DNA of 64,000 nucleotides from Alloascoidea hylecoeti (GCA_001600815.1 BCKZ01000005.1:133532-197531), one strand, 5' to 3'. Positions 1 through 12,539 are shown, numbered from the stretch's first letter. Notes: generated by a model not told the origin, from the letters alone. Numbers and translations are program-made.

Positions 1-748
1 ACTAGCTACTGGTTAGTACCGGTGTATAAGTTGTAATTTCCATAGTTAGACATTAAATTTTTTATAATGATATCATCAATGATAATTATAACTTCAACCA
101 CTCCCGATCGTTCCCCAACTGTTAACAAATAATTTAACATTATAGTGCTTGTAGCCTTGTACTACGCCACATTGGAGGCTCCAATAATACATAACGCTCC
201 CTACCAAATGTCCAATATGTTTTTCTTCCAATTGTATATGCAAACCGGAACAACAGAACAAGAAATAATAATAATATAATTCCTATTACTTCGAAAAGAG
301 CGGGGATATCTATATTACGATAGTGAAGTCACATCGTGTTGTATAGATAGCCAATCAAATAACTGTAATTACTCATTCCCCGTACAAGCGATTACCCTGA
401 AACCAAAACCGTTATAATTGTAAGGAAAAGCGTATCTCACTATTAATTATTGGCATGCTTATCTGTAAGGTAATTGTACCTGCAGCCGTGCGTCGGATAT
501 ATTTTTCCTGGTTGTAGACCTAGTTGAATAACCATTAGTCTCCTCTTATTTTCCAAAAAACACCAAAATCATAACTTCGGTCAATAGGCACATTTTATTT
601 GTTAATAATTAAGTATGAGAGTTTGATCAATTGTAATTGAAGTCAAAATGAGGGGTAGTCATATCAAAACAGAATATTTAAACTCTAGAAGTAGCACAAA
701 GTTCTCATATCATCATTTTTATTGATTACCACTCAATTATCTTTTACA

Positions 749-1963
749 ATGTCCTCAACTTTAAGAACAGCTAGATTAAGCAAATCTCTACTCAAAACTC
801 AAGCTAGATCTTTTTCTGCAACCGCTGCCGCCAATGTCCACGGTTTTTACATTTCACCAATCTCTCTCTTTGGTGAAGGTGCTGTTGAAGAAGCTATGAA
901 TGTTATTAAGAAAAAGGGTTTCAAGAAGCCACTCATTATTACTGATCCAGGTATTGTTAAAGTTGGATTAGCTGACACTGTTGGATCTTTGTTAAAGGAT
1001 AGAGGTATTGCTTCAACCTTGTTTGGAGGAGCTCAACCAAATCCATCTATCGAAAACGTTTCAGATGGTCTTCAAATGCTCAAAGATAATAACTGTGACT
1101 CTGTTATCTCAATTGGTGGTGGTTCTTCTCACGACTGTGCTAAAGCTGTTGCTCTTGTTGCTGCAAATGGTGGAAAAATTCAAGATTATGAAGGTGTTGA
1201 TGTTTCTGATAAAGCCCAAGTTCCATTAATCTCTATTAACACAACTGCCGGTACCGCTTCAGAAATTACAAGATTCACAATTATTACCGATACTCCAAGA
1301 AAGGTTAAGATGGCCATTGTTGACTCCAATGTTACTCCAACAATTGCCGTTAATGACCCAGCTACAATGATGGGAATGCCAAAGGGTTTGACCGCTGCTA
1401 CTGGTATGGATGCGTTAACACATGCTATTGAAGCCTATGTATCAACTGGTGCCAATCCAATTACAGATGCCTGTGCCCTAAAGGCAATCGATCTTATCAT
1501 TGAAAATTTAGAAACAGCAGTTGTCAATGGTCAAGATAAGACAGCAAGAACAAACATGGCATATGCTGAATATTTGGCTGGTATGGCTTTTAATAACGCA
1601 TCCTTAGGATATGTCCATGCTATGGCTCATCAATTGGGTGGATTCTACAATTTACCACATGGTGTCTGTAATGCCATCTTGCTTCCACACGTTCAAAAGT
1701 TCAACTCCAAAGCTGTTGCAGCTAGATTAGGAGATGTTGCCAAACACTTAAAGGAATCTGAACACACAGCAGAAGCAGCCATTGCAGCTATCGAGAGACT
1801 CTCCAAGACAGTTGGAATTCCAGATGGTTTAAGAGGTCTAGGAGTTAAGGAAGCTGATTTTGAGATCTTGGCTGAGAATGCTATGAAGGATGCATGCGGT
1901 TTCACCAATCCAATTCAACCAACAAAAGCTGAAGTTATTGAATTGTTCAAACAAGCTATGTAA
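749..1963 (+). CDS. ADH4: Iron-containing (type III) alcohol dehydrogenase with an N-terminal mitochondrial-type presequence
   Basis: [50 protein letters not shown] and HGVCNA Fe-ADH motifs. First ATG at 749, followed by an Arg/Ser-rich, acid-free leader ending ARSFS. Confidence 0.95.
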   Translation: MSSTLRTARLSKSLLKTQARSFSATAAANVHGFYISPISLFGEGAVEEAMNVIKKKGFKKPLIITDPGIVKVGLADTVGSLLKDRGIASTLFGGAQPNPSIENVSDGLQMLKDNNCDSVISIGGGSSHDCAKAVALVAANGGKIQDYEGVDVSDKAQVPLISINTTAGTASEITRFTIITDTPRKVKMAIVDSNVTPTIAVNDPATMMGMPKGLTAATGMDALTHAIEAYVSTGANPITDACALKAIDLIIENLETAVVNGQDKTARTNMAYAEYLAGMAFNNASLGYVHAMAHQLGGFYNLPHGVCNAILLPHVQKFNSKAVAARLGDVAKHLKESEHTAEAAIAAIERLSKTVGIPDGLRGLGVKEADFEILAENAMKDACGFTNPIQPTKAEVIELFKQAM

Positions 1964-2557
1964 TCACATAGTATATTATAGCCAATTTCCTGTCTATATA
2001 TAGTTTTTGGAGATTTAAGATATAACGAGCAACGAAAATCACGAAAAATGTTAATGTCTAATATTGATTTTATACAACATTAATTAGAAGTTAAATAAAA
2101 ATATATATTTTTGCATATCAATTAAAGATTTTATTGTATTGTTAATTTTTGATAGATAGCCATCTTGCTCTTGAACAGTCGATATTGACTTGACTCTTGA
2201 GAGATCATAATAATGGATTAATAAAATATAATATATAAGGTAAATCAAGATACGCATCCTCGGTAAATGTTATTTGTCGCACATATAACAATAAATAAAG
2301 TAAAAAGCTCACAATATCAATAGAATATGTTTAATTTAAACGATAAATATTTGTTGTTATATTCATGAATTTTAAAATTTAGAACCTATCCTTTTGGATT
2401 CAAATGTACGGAAGTTAAAGAATATTAGAGGGGTTATAAACCTTCATTTATATATTTCATTATTGTTTTTTTTTTTGTCATTTAAGGTCCACCTTCCTAA
2501 CTATTGAGCATATTTATTCTTAATAAGATATTGTCATATAGTTTCCAAATTATTCCA

Positions 2558-2615
2558 ACGCGTTGAAATAATTTGCACTCGGCCCGTACAACTCAAGACA
2601 CAACTAAAGACGCGT
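2558..2615. promoter_or_regulatory. Two MCB elements (ACGCGT) upstream of DBF4
   Basis: ACGCGT at 2558-2563 and 2610-2615, within 90 bp of the DBF4 ATG. DBF4 is a known MBF target in yeasts. Confidence 0.7.
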
Positions 2616-2647
2616 CTCAAAATCAATATTACAGAACTTATAAAATT

Positions 2648-4288
2648 ATGACAGATTCTAACAATAATGATATAAAAAAACCTAAATCAAATCATCATCA
2701 GTTCTTAACACCACGGGGTCCATTACGTGATATAGATCTTCAATCACCTTTTAATAGGAACCCAAAACTTCTTCATAATAATAAGATTCGCCCAAATGAT
2801 CAGCAAATACAATCAAAAACTGTTAAAACAATGAATTTTTGTTATGCTGAAAATGGGAAATTAACACATAATTCAAACCAATCCAAAATATCTAAAAGAA
2901 TAAAGGGGATGGATTTACGATCTTGGCAGAAGCAATGGAAGGATATAATGATGAAAACAGTAGTATACTTTGATTCAGTTCAAGGGAAAGATAAAAAAGT
3001 TGATCAGTATTTAACACTTCTAGGTGCCGTAAGTCTTTATATCTACCATAATTTTTATATTGTGATACTAATCAACTTTCATAGGTGATTGAACCGTTTT
3101 TTGATTCACGTGTAACATTGGTTATAACAAAACGAGCAATTGATAAAATTGAACACTTACCATCACACGATGTTCTTTCGAAGGCCCAATCGATGAATAC
3201 TAAAATTTGGACTTATGATAGTATGTATCAAACATAAGGAGCTGAATATATAAATTAATAACTAACATTTGTTTGTGCTTGTTTCAGAACTTTGTCGCTT
3301 CTTGAATAATTTACTCTTTAAGGAGAAAGAAAAAGTTGCAACGGCCACAGCAGGACGGAATCAAAATTTATCAAATCTCCTCATGGAGGAGAAGGCTAAT
3401 GGGCCTGGAGATCGCGATCCTCGAGTTAGGCGTGATGATTTCCATTATTTCAAAGGTCCTTACGTTTTGGTATATGATCCGAAAAACAAATATCGTACTT
3501 TTTTAGCACATGAATATCAGAAACCTTTGGATCCCATTGAAGGAAGTTGGCCCCAATTTCGCGTTTCACCAATTGGAAGGTGTCCATTTGTAAAATATAA
3601 AGGCTATAGTAAACAAAAGAAACACAGCAGCAAAGAGCTTGTTGCTACACATAAACAGATAGCTTCAACAGAAAAAAATAATGAAGATAAATATGTTTCG
3701 AGATCACAATCAGATTTGGAAGCATTAGCTCCTACAATGAAAGTGGAGGATGTATGTATTCGAAATTCTGAGGATAATGATATTGATATGATTAAAACGC
3801 CAGAAAAACAAATTATACCATCTTTATTTTCTAAAAATTCAGGTGTACATGATGATGTTCATAATCACAGTATGTTTTTCGAAATTGCTGCATCAGGTGT
3901 TAATATTTCGACAATAGCATCTGTTGCAAAATCAATGATGCGATCTACAGATACACCAAATCTTAATAAAGGAAATGGAAATGGGTTAGCACCAACTACA
4001 ACACAAATTCCATCGAAGCAAGTTAATCAATTAAAACGGAAAATGTTCGAAAAAAGAAAACCGCCCACTTATCCAACTATTAAAACTTATCAATATAAGA
4101 TGGAAAACTTAAAAGCTAAAAAGAATGAAAAAATGTGTGGATTCTGTGAGAATTGTAAAGAACAATATGATGATTTTGAATCCCATATTCACAGTAAAAA
4201 GCATACAAGATTTGCACTTGATGATTCTAATTTTACACAAATTGATTTATTAATAAAACGAATTAGAGAGAATAGTGATCTCTGGTAG
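2648..4288 (+). CDS. DBF4: Cdc7 kinase regulatory subunit Dbf4; join(2648..3028,3085..3220,3288..4288)
   Basis: Motif N (LGA/VIEPFFDSRVTLVITKR...KIWTYDKL) is restored by introns 3029-3084 (GTAAGT..TACTAAT..TAG) and 3221-3287 (GTATGT..ACTAAC..CAG). Motif M: YFKGPYVLVYD...WPQF...GRCPF. Zinc finger: GFCENCKEQYDDFESHIHSKKH. Confidence 0.92.
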
Positions 4289-4691
4289 GTTTAGAATCTG
4301 TCGGATCAATACACACCAAAAATGTTATTAATAATATTTGGGATATAGCTATGAATTATTTCATGTGTATAATTATATATAGTAATATAGATGTAACAAT
4401 ATAGCATGATATATATTATTATTATGAATATACTTATTTGACATATAGATTTATTTTAGTGTCACTTAAAGCTTTAATAACATCTAACTTTCAATCGCAA
4501 GGATAAAGGTGGCGTACGTGCGCAACAACGCGAACTATTATGACTATTGAAAATTTAATATATAAAAAAAAGAAATTTGAGTTTTCTACCCAAATATTAA
4601 TTCGATGGTTCGTTATGGCAGTATGTAGTATATTACTTCAATAAGCGATTACAAATTTATTTATGGAATGCAGAGAAATAAGACGTTATGG

Positions 4692-4695
<4 letters not shown>

Positions 4696-4734
<39 letters not shown>
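4696..4734. repeat. Poly(dA) tract of about 39 nt
   Basis: Uninterrupted A run between the convergent DBF4 and WSC gene 3' ends. Confidence 0.9.
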
Positions 4735-4735
<1 letters not shown>

Positions 4736-4967
4736 AAGTTAATAAAGGGTGTTGCGTAGATATATATATATATATACGTTTCATAGCAATAACCCAACTT
4801 TTAGCAATTAATTCAAACAAAAAGCGCAATCACAAAAAATCCAAAAGACAAATCCAAAAATCCAAAAGTTAAAGGGACACTACTACTTTATAGAAAAGAA
4901 TATCGCCCCTCTTTATAACACTATTTCTCAAATTATATTCATAATATAATTTTAAACTTTTTATTCT

Positions 4968-5873
4968 TTAGTAATCATCAGGGTTTGCAACGCGTAAGAT
5001 TTTTCGGGAATAATCTGCTTCATCAGCCAAAGTTCCTTGACTAAGACGTCGGGTTCCCAGCATTTTTGGATTTAATCTATCATCATTGTTCATATAAGGA
5101 GTATATAAGTCGCTCCCGCCAAATTTATCATCTCCATCCACGAATGGATTACGGTTACCTCCTTGTAAACTATTATCATCATGGTTGCGTTTCCGATACC
5201 AGAAAGCTAGAAGGACTAGAGAGACTATGGCCAATAGCCCCAAAACTACGCCAACAACTATTCCGACAATAGCACCCTTTGAAACTCCAGAATCATTCTT
5301 TTTATCTCCAGACGCAGAAGCAGATGGTGAGTTAGAGCTAGAACTTGAAGAGGAGTTGGTTGTAGACGAAGCACTTGAGTTTGGTCGTGGGGTTGAATCT
5401 GATCCAGAAGTAGCACCAGGTAGATCGGTTGTCGACGTCGTCGAAGATGTAGACAAAGACGATGTTGAGCTACTCAAGGTTGTCGAAGAAGCTGATCCTT
5501 TAGAAGAAACAGCGATATCTACTTCATAAAAGTTGTAAGCATTCTGTCCGCCACACATTTCCTGATTATACCCAAGACATCCAACATTACAATTTGTGGA
5601 GGATACTTTGTCTCCAGAATCTGCATTTGAGTCACCACAGTAGCAATCAGCTCCATTTTTTAGAGCAAAATAGTTGTAACCTTGGCTAGCACAGTCTACT
5701 TGACATGTTTTCGAGCTTTGGTATGTATTTGCGGCTGCCTTCACAAATCCAGAGGGCAATGAAGAAAAACAACCCTCGGCAGTTCCATCTGCTATAACAC
5801 TGGGCGAAAGTAGTAAGACAAAAGAAAATACTAATAGCCACGGTGTATAACTTAAGTGATTGGAGATCATCAT
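4968..5873 (-). CDS. WSC-domain cell-wall stress sensor (Wsc1/Slg1 family)
   Basis: Signal peptide, WSC domain (GCFSS...CQVDC...YFALKNGADCYCG...CGG), Ser/Thr stalk, single TM helix, cytoplasmic tail with RRLSQGTL and C-terminal LRVANPD. Confidence 0.9.
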   Translation of the reverse strand: MMISNHLSYTPWLLVFSFVLLLSPSVIADGTAEGCFSSLPSGFVKAAANTYQSSKTCQVDCASQGYNYFALKNGADCYCGDSNADSGDKVSSTNCNVGCLGYNQEMCGGQNAYNFYEVDIAVSSKGSASSTTLSSSTSSLSTSSTTSTTDLPGATSGSDSTPRPNSSASSTTNSSSSSSSNSPSASASGDKKNDSGVSKGAIVGIVVGVVLGLLAIVSLVLLAFWYRKRNHDDNSLQGGNRNPFVDGDDKFGGSDLYTPYMNNDDRLNPKMLGTRRLSQGTLADEADYSRKILRVANPDDY

Positions 5874-6098
5874 CTTTGAGGACAAGGAATAAAGAAAAAG
5901 AATGGTGAGGCCAGAGAGAATATATCAGGGACAGAGGAAAGGGTAAAACTATAAAAAGTAGTTTTGGTACTGGTTGCAGAAGTTAAACTATGCAATAACC
6001 AATTACGAGGCGTCCTCGTATTCTCCTGCTTCAGATAAAGTTTTTACTCTGCGACATTGTATCACGCACGTTCACTCAAGTAAACTTAAATACATCAT

Positions 6099-8042
6099 TC
6101 AAAACCTCTTTTGGACATCTCCGTCTTCCTTTTTAATCGCAACAGATTTTCGCGTTTTAATTCTTCCGAAAGTATCGTCCACTTCAAATGCTCTTTGCCC
6201 CCATTCACTTTGTTGGACACCTTCCACAATCTCACGTACTTTAGTATCATCACTACCTAGTAGGTCAGGACTACCTTGTCTTTCCCTTTCAAAAGTGGAG
6301 TCACCCAAAGATAAAGATGTCACACTGGAATTTACCTCGTTAACGTTATCCTTGGGTAGATCAGAGTCAAATCCATAAAGCCGTAACTGTATCTTATTAA
6401 AACTATTAGAATTCCAACATAGAATTTCAACCTGATCTTTAAGAATAGATTCATAATCGGGTATCCAATTAATTCCTGTTATAGAATCCAATCCATTGTT
6501 TACAATACTGTAGGGTTTATTCCAATGGTAGCTCCAAATGGAAAAATAGTTGGCCTTCCCATAAAACCCAATATATAATAAATCTGGAAATGATGGGTGA
6601 AATTCTAAATCCTGGATTGGTTTGGGATGAGTTATAACTGATATCACACCTCTTTTACCCTCTTCAAGTGTACCTTTTGACATCTTTAAAATTGAAACAT
6701 CCCAGATAAATAACGTTTCTGGCATAGATCCACAAACAACTGCCAACAGCAAACCATCAGGAGAAAATTTCATCAGTTTAATACCTGAACCATTAGGTAA
6801 CAAAAAACCTTGCTGTGAAACTTGGGGCACTTGAAAAGGTTGTCTTACTAATTGATAATCAAGATGATTTTCCTTTGAAATTACTCTTCGTTCAATAAGT
6901 TTCCATATAATCACTGTATCGTCATCACTTATTAAAGAATTATGAAAAATTATTGCAGTGATATCAAATAAAATATCAAAGATCACTATATTTTCGTTAT
7001 CATCACCCACGAAAATAAGTTCCTTATCTCTAGATTTATCCCAATACCATTCAATTAAACTTGGCCCTAGATTCAACTCCCAGAAACTACCATATTTTAT
7101 CCGATCCCTTTCACTTAGTGCTGTAGAATTAAACTTCATCATCGCATCATTTTTTGTTTCACCAAACCCAAATATATTGAATAGGCCCATCTTTAATCCA
7201 AGCACCGAGTTGTCGACAATTAGAAGCCATTTTCCCGACTTGCTCCATTTACTGAGATCTGTTTGAATATCCACAAAAGGCATATAATTCTGATTTTTTT
7301 TCGAAGGGTTATGCGTTTCGAATGTGTTGAGTTTACTAATAAGACTGTTTTCCTTTAGTATGGTATAATTTGTAATATAATCATGTGTATCTGGCCTCGT
7401 TATAATTGATATTGTTGAGCGTCCAGGTCTATTAAGAACATGACATGGTGATTTAGGTCGTAATATATCAAATAATTTCTCATTATACTGTAAAGACCAC
7501 ATTGTAGCATAAAGTTCATTTTCTGAATATACTAATAGTAGATTTGATCTTTTATTTTTTGAATCAGAATCTGACATGAGCCATTCTAATTTTTCTATTC
7601 CTCCATAACCTTGTCTAATCGTAACAGCTGAATCTGAATAAATATCATAAACCTTTATTATATCATCTCCCATGATAACGGCTAATTTTCCTGATTGTTT
7701 TTCGGTGTGTTCGATTCCGTTGATGGTTGATGATGTATCAATTGATTCCCAAATAATATCATGTATATCTGCCCATTCAGCTTTACTATTCCTTTTGTTA
7801 TCAGAAAATGTGTTTTTGTTATTATTGACTCCTGTGTTTTCCAGTAATTCATTATTTGTAACAATCTTCTTGGTTGCAAGGGATTTCGTTGTCCGTATGA
7901 CTAATCGACAACTATTAACATATGCGATGTATTTTCCACATTTCGATACTTTAGGGGGTATATTTGTAGTATATGTAAAAGAAGAAGATGTAGATAAAAA
8001 ATTGATATTGTGATTTTCATCCGTATCTATATCTATATCCAT
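6099..8042 (-). CDS. WD40 protein, WRAP73/WDR8 (fission yeast Wdr8)-like
   Basis: N-terminal SKCGKYIAYVNSCRLVIR and C-terminal GIKLMKFSPDGLLLAVVCGSMPETLFIWDV...PIQDLEFHP resemble the WRAP73 blocks FSPDGKYLASCVQYRLVVR and GIGMLAFSPDS...PNAVWVWD. MCB ACGCGT at 8082-8087 upstream. Confidence 0.7.
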   Translation of the reverse strand: MDIDIDTDENHNINFLSTSSSFTYTTNIPPKVSKCGKYIAYVNSCRLVIRTTKSLATKKIVTNNELLENTGVNNNKNTFSDNKRNSKAEWADIHDIIWESIDTSSTINGIEHTEKQSGKLAVIMGDDIIKVYDIYSDSAVTIRQGYGGIEKLEWLMSDSDSKNKRSNLLLVYSENELYATMWSLQYNEKLFDILRPKSPCHVLNRPGRSTISIITRPDTHDYITNYTILKENSLISKLNTFETHNPSKKNQNYMPFVDIQTDLSKWSKSGKWLLIVDNSVLGLKMGLFNIFGFGETKNDAMMKFNSTALSERDRIKYGSFWELNLGPSLIEWYWDKSRDKELIFVGDDNENIVIFDILFDITAIIFHNSLISDDDTVIIWKLIERRVISKENHLDYQLVRQPFQVPQVSQQGFLLPNGSGIKLMKFSPDGLLLAVVCGSMPETLFIWDVSILKMSKGTLEEGKRGVISVITHPKPIQDLEFHPSFPDLLYIGFYGKANYFSIWSYHWNKPYSIVNNGLDSITGINWIPDYESILKDQVEILCWNSNSFNKIQLRLYGFDSDLPKDNVNEVNSSVTSLSLGDSTFERERQGSPDLLGSDDTKVREIVEGVQQSEWGQRAFEVDDTFGRIKTRKSVAIKKEDGDVQKRF

Positions 8043-8584
8043 TTTTTTCTTTGATTATATAATTTGAAATTGTAAAGTTTTACGCGTTGAAATTTGTTTG
8101 TGTAAAATGTAAACAAACGATCAAAAGCTTAAGTAAGGAACAAAAAAGTAAAATTATGGCATCCCCAAGGACAAATTAATATTTAGCAGACATTAATTAT
8201 AAGCGTTTATTAGATTAACTATATATACTGAGAACTTATAGGATCATAAAATTTAAATCAAAACTAAACTATAGGTACAAAAAACGTTGTAGATGTCAAA
8301 TTATATAGTTCTTTTTAAGCATAATTAAAGTAAATAGGAACAGACATTATGTCCCACTATTTATAACTGTCTAGTTAATCTTAAAATAATATTAATGTAG
8401 ATAAATAAATTTAAAATAAAATGCAATGAAAATTGGTGTAAAGTAAGAAAAATGAATGTGCATATGTGGAATTAGTTTTTGTTCGATGTTTAAAAGGTTA
8501 ATAAAAATTACAACAAGAACGATATAAAATGATAGTGTACAAGTTTCAATTTTATTAATATTTTGGAATTGAAATGTTAGAAAT

Positions 8585-10243
8585 TTATTCATCGTCAAGA
8601 ATTGCTTCTTCATTGTAAGTACTGGTATTGCTACCTTCGAATTCATCATAAAGTGGGTTTTTCCCTTCAACAAAACTTCTATAGTTTTGAGATACTCGTC
8701 GTGGCTTCTTCATTGCTAGATATTTTTCTAGCTTTCTGTCCCGTTCAACTGTCGTTGAAGAATTATGGCTTCCACTTCGGGACATATCAACTGGTGAAAA
8801 TTGGCTTGATGAACCGAGATCTATTGAAGGAGATTGCATTCCACTCGCAACCGAATCATGAGAATAAGAAATTGGGGAATGTAATGAATTAATGGAACCA
8901 TTAACCGATAATGGTGTTGATGATCGTGAATTAGGTAGATAGGGGCTTTGGGTTAAAGTGAAAGATGATCCGGAAATATAGGGTGATGAATTTATGCTTG
9001 ATGGACAAGAAGAAGACATATCTGACCTACTATCATCCTGTAAATATTCATTTTTAACTTCCATTATATCTGATAATTTTATCTTTCTTCTTCTTTTACT
9101 TTTCCCATGTCTTTTCCTTTGTTTTTTCTGCTCATTAGTTTCTTGGTGTAGTTTTTGTTCATATTTCATTTGAATCCAATCTGAAATTGATGGTTGTTGA
9201 CTTGCAGTTCTTTCAAGATTGATAGTTGTATTGTCATCATTAGTTGAATTTTTAATCATAGAAGGAGATGCACACTGGACATAATCGGGAATATCGCCAA
9301 TGGAGCTTAAAGAAAGTGTATTTCGATAATAACCTGGTACCTTTTTTTTAAAAAAGAATCTCAAAGTGAATAATTTTAATCTTTCAAATAATGATAATTT
9401 ATCTGGGTTAAAATCATCCTGGGGATGTGTAGTGTAATCGTGTTCTCGAATAGAAGAAAAATTCATTGTGGAACTTGAATCTTTCTCATCTACTTCACCT
9501 TTGGATGTATGATATTTATTTTGGTTTGATTGAACAACTTCATGAATTAATTGTGGTAAATCCACAACAATCATTTCTTTAATAACATTTAACATTTCAT
9601 TACGAATTTCAGAAGATATCAATTCACTAATTTGATCAAAAGAACTTTTAATTACCATCGATTTAATAGGATTATTTTTAAAAAATAATGTTGCTTCTTT
9701 TATGCTCATATCAAAAACTTCTTCAGTCTCTGTATTCTCTGTATTCTCTGTTGATTTTGGTGTATTAAGTACCAAAGATACTAAAATATTTCCATCAAGT
9801 TTTATCTCCGATACTTTAATCTCTAATGGTAAAACCGAAGATTTTCCTGCAAGTAAAAAGCCAGGACTCGTAAATTCGGGCTCTTTGTCTACATAAAAAC
9901 ATTTCAATAAATTTGACTCAACTTTTGAAATGAAACCAATTTCACAATTTCCATCATAATTAATTTGAAATAACATTTTAATATTCATTTGAGTTTCTCC
10001 TTTAATCTGCGGTTCGTTGACTTCTAGTAGTTGTAAAGTTGGTGGAGAAGAACCATAATTGATGTTTTTGACAGACACCGGTTCTGTTAAAGGAGGAGGT
10101 AATATACTATATTTTGTCCAGAGCGGTGAAGACGGTGATACGGCTTGTTTCAGACATTGTTCTAACTGTTCTAGCAAGGGAGATGAAGAGGAGGTGGCAG
10201 ATAAAGTGGTAGCTAGTTGTGCCCAGTTAAAAATAAAAGACAT
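8585..10243 (-). CDS. MDM34: ERMES subunit Mdm34 (SMP domain)
   Basis: Starts MSFIFNW, followed by an SMP-type region (VKNINYGSSPPTLQLLEV, FTSPGFLLA, FKNNPIKSMVIKSSFD, DLPQLIH), a KRRRKIKL basic patch and a Ser-rich tail. Confidence 0.8.
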   Translation of the reverse strand: MSFIFNWAQLATTLSATSSSSPLLEQLEQCLKQAVSPSSPLWTKYSILPPPLTEPVSVKNINYGSSPPTLQLLEVNEPQIKGETQMNIKMLFQINYDGNCEIGFISKVESNLLKCFYVDKEPEFTSPGFLLAGKSSVLPLEIKVSEIKLDGNILVSLVLNTPKSTENTENTETEEVFDMSIKEATLFFKNNPIKSMVIKSSFDQISELISSEIRNEMLNVIKEMIVVDLPQLIHEVVQSNQNKYHTSKGEVDEKDSSSTMNFSSIREHDYTTHPQDDFNPDKLSLFERLKLFTLRFFFKKKVPGYYRNTLSLSSIGDIPDYVQCASPSMIKNSTNDDNTTINLERTASQQPSISDWIQMKYEQKLHQETNEQKKQRKRHGKSKRRRKIKLSDIMEVKNEYLQDDSRSDMSSSCPSSINSSPYISGSSFTLTQSPYLPNSRSSTPLSVNGSINSLHSPISYSHDSVASGMQSPSIDLGSSSQFSPVDMSRSGSHNSSTTVERDRKLEKYLAMKKPRRVSQNYRSFVEGKNPLYDEFEGSNTSTYNEEAILDDE

Positions 10244-10584
10244 TATCCTGATCACAAACAATCAGAACGACAAATCCCGGGTTCTGTGAAAAGTGCAAAA
10301 ATAAATAGAAGTTGAGTTGATAGAAATATTTATCAGTGGATGAAGATGGAGAAGAAGAGAAGCGGAGAAACGAAAAATGTTGGAGGTTTTATAAAATGAT
10401 GATGAGCTGCGTTATGAGATAAGCTGTTGGGACTGGGTCGCACGTGTGTTCCAACCAAAAACCTAATTAAGTATAAGGTGACGGGTTCCTTTGCGAACCC
10501 TTGGAGACCGGAAATCACACTTTCCAAAAATTTATACAATTTCGAAATAAAATTAAAAAAAATATAAACCTATATATTTTTATG

Positions 10585-11010
10585 GATCATCAAGTGGAGA
10601 ATATGGTGTTAAAATCTCCAGGTTGCTCTACTATACCAAATCTTCTCGTCGCCGTACTGAAGGGCATTTTTGGGCGTTGAAATTGATGTTATTTTTTCGA
10701 TCATTTTCTTCACTTGTCCTTCTGTAATCCACGTAATGATTGAAACAATTGTCGTAGCAATAGTTACGCTCCTTGCCTAAGGCTCTATCATGTTTTCTGG
10801 TAACTCACTGGTTAAATGGTGATCTGGTAAGTAAATAAAGTTCCTCTTATGCACGTTCACCCCTCCATTAGTTGGGTCTTAGTAGCCTCATCTTTTCCAT
10901 TTGACATCACATAGACTCTAATTAACTGCGAGTTTTTCTCATGGACTGCTTTATCAAGGGATAATTCACCTCCTGGAAATTTTTATCCCCAATCAGAATG
11001 CTTTCCTTAT
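10585..11010. repeat. Degenerate dispersed repeat, copy A (homologous to 45550-45970)
   Basis: Shared blocks in the same order, e.g. tcttctcg..gggc..ttttgggc.ttgaaattgat.ttattttttc.atcatt and aaggctctatcatgtt. Confidence 0.7.
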
Positions 11011-12539
11011 CCTGTAGCTTGTTAAGGAGAACTGATACTAATATAACCCACATTGCGAGCAAGTAGTAAGCCATTTTTTCCTCTCTTCATCTCTGAAATC
11101 TTTAGACCATGAACTATGGACATTTTATGATCTAAAAATGATCATGGGGGAGTGGAATCATTGATGAGATTGATAATTTTATTACAAGAGACAAGGTGCC
11201 ATCTCGAGGAGGGATCAATCGAAAAATAGACAGCAATTCCAGTGGAACTTATTTCAGTCATTTTAACCAACTATGCTTGTTATTTTTATCTATCACCAAG
11301 ATTCTATAAGGATGGGAAATACGAGCCGGCTTGCAAAGAATCTTATCATTGTCTATTTAAAAAGACCACAACCTATTGTTTGCTCAAGTAGTGTTGATTC
11401 GTAGTTATTGACATCTGTTCAAAGTTGATTTAGGACGCGTCGGGATATGTACTCTGCAACAATAAATTTTAGTTATTCGAAAATATCAAAGCCACGTTTG
11501 GGCAATTTCCAAGTGTACACCAACATCTTATTTTCCTGAAAAGCCGAAAGTTTTTGTTTTGTTTTATTATTTTGGAAGATTTAAGAACGGCGAAGTATTT
11601 TACAATCTTGTTACGGGATACTTTACGGTTCAAATACGCGTAAAAGGTGATTTAGTGTAATCTCAAACGTTGGCTTTCCATCTCCCGCTTTGAATCGAGT
11701 TTTTGTTTTGGTATGGTGGCGAGTAGTGGTTGGTTACTTATTGATTTTCGGTTCCAAAGGGAACGCAACTTCAAAGGAACCTGTCACCTTATAGGGTCTT
11801 ATACGTGTATTTATAAATTTAGACCTCTAAAAATAGCAACTTCACCAAATTTGTGGATATTTGAAGATATTTATACACGTTTTCTTAACAAATATTGTAC
11901 TAATTAATAGTACGAAATGAATAAATTAGATTGTAATTATGTACAGTGAGTGCCACATAACATTTTCACTTTTATATATTAACTCAACAACCTAATATTG
12001 ATTCCAAATTTCAATTCCCAGTTATATATTCATAATTTCATATGTAAGGTATAAGTTACATAGCCCTTTTAAATTCCTTATTTATTCTTCTCTCTCAGCA
12101 ATGTCAGCACCAAATATAAGCGGAATTGATACGTCTAAAATATATATATATATATATACAAGACATAAATCTTATCATTAGGGGCGATTTCTTGAGACTT
12201 CCTTGGTTTTTTTAAATCGGGATTTATGGTATGTTTGGGGTTTAATTATCTCCTTTTCAACAGACATCTTTCATCTCAGATCCAAAGAATAGTCCCAACC
12301 CCACAAACATGAAATCCAACGACGAGTTCCAAAATAATGGTAAAACAAAATCGAACAAGAAATTTTCTGTTTCAAATCTCGCTTTTGATGATAAGATGGA
12401 TGTCATCTACTTGGCCAGAGATGACTCCTGTTGAGTCTGCTAGACATGATGTTAATACTCTCGAATCGCCTCCAGAAATTAAGTTGAAGGATATAGAGTC
12501 TTATAGAGGTATGTAACTATATCGTCTCTGTTATATGTA

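Noticed and set aside
1..748. Zap1 zinc-responsive element upstream of ADH4
   Set aside because: No good match to ACCTTNAAGGT was found.
4663..4872. Poly-Lys ORF
   Set aside because: Produced by the poly(dA) tract; no other coding signal.
5185..5529. Antisense and alternate-frame ORFs over real genes (also 19878, 27802, 39105, 48698, 49540, 54437, 62551 and others)
   Set aside because: Shadows of low-complexity or codon-biased genes on the other strand or frame.
11100..11450. Integrase-like fragment (FVVIDICSKL)
   Set aside because: Single short motif among stops; a chance match is plausible.
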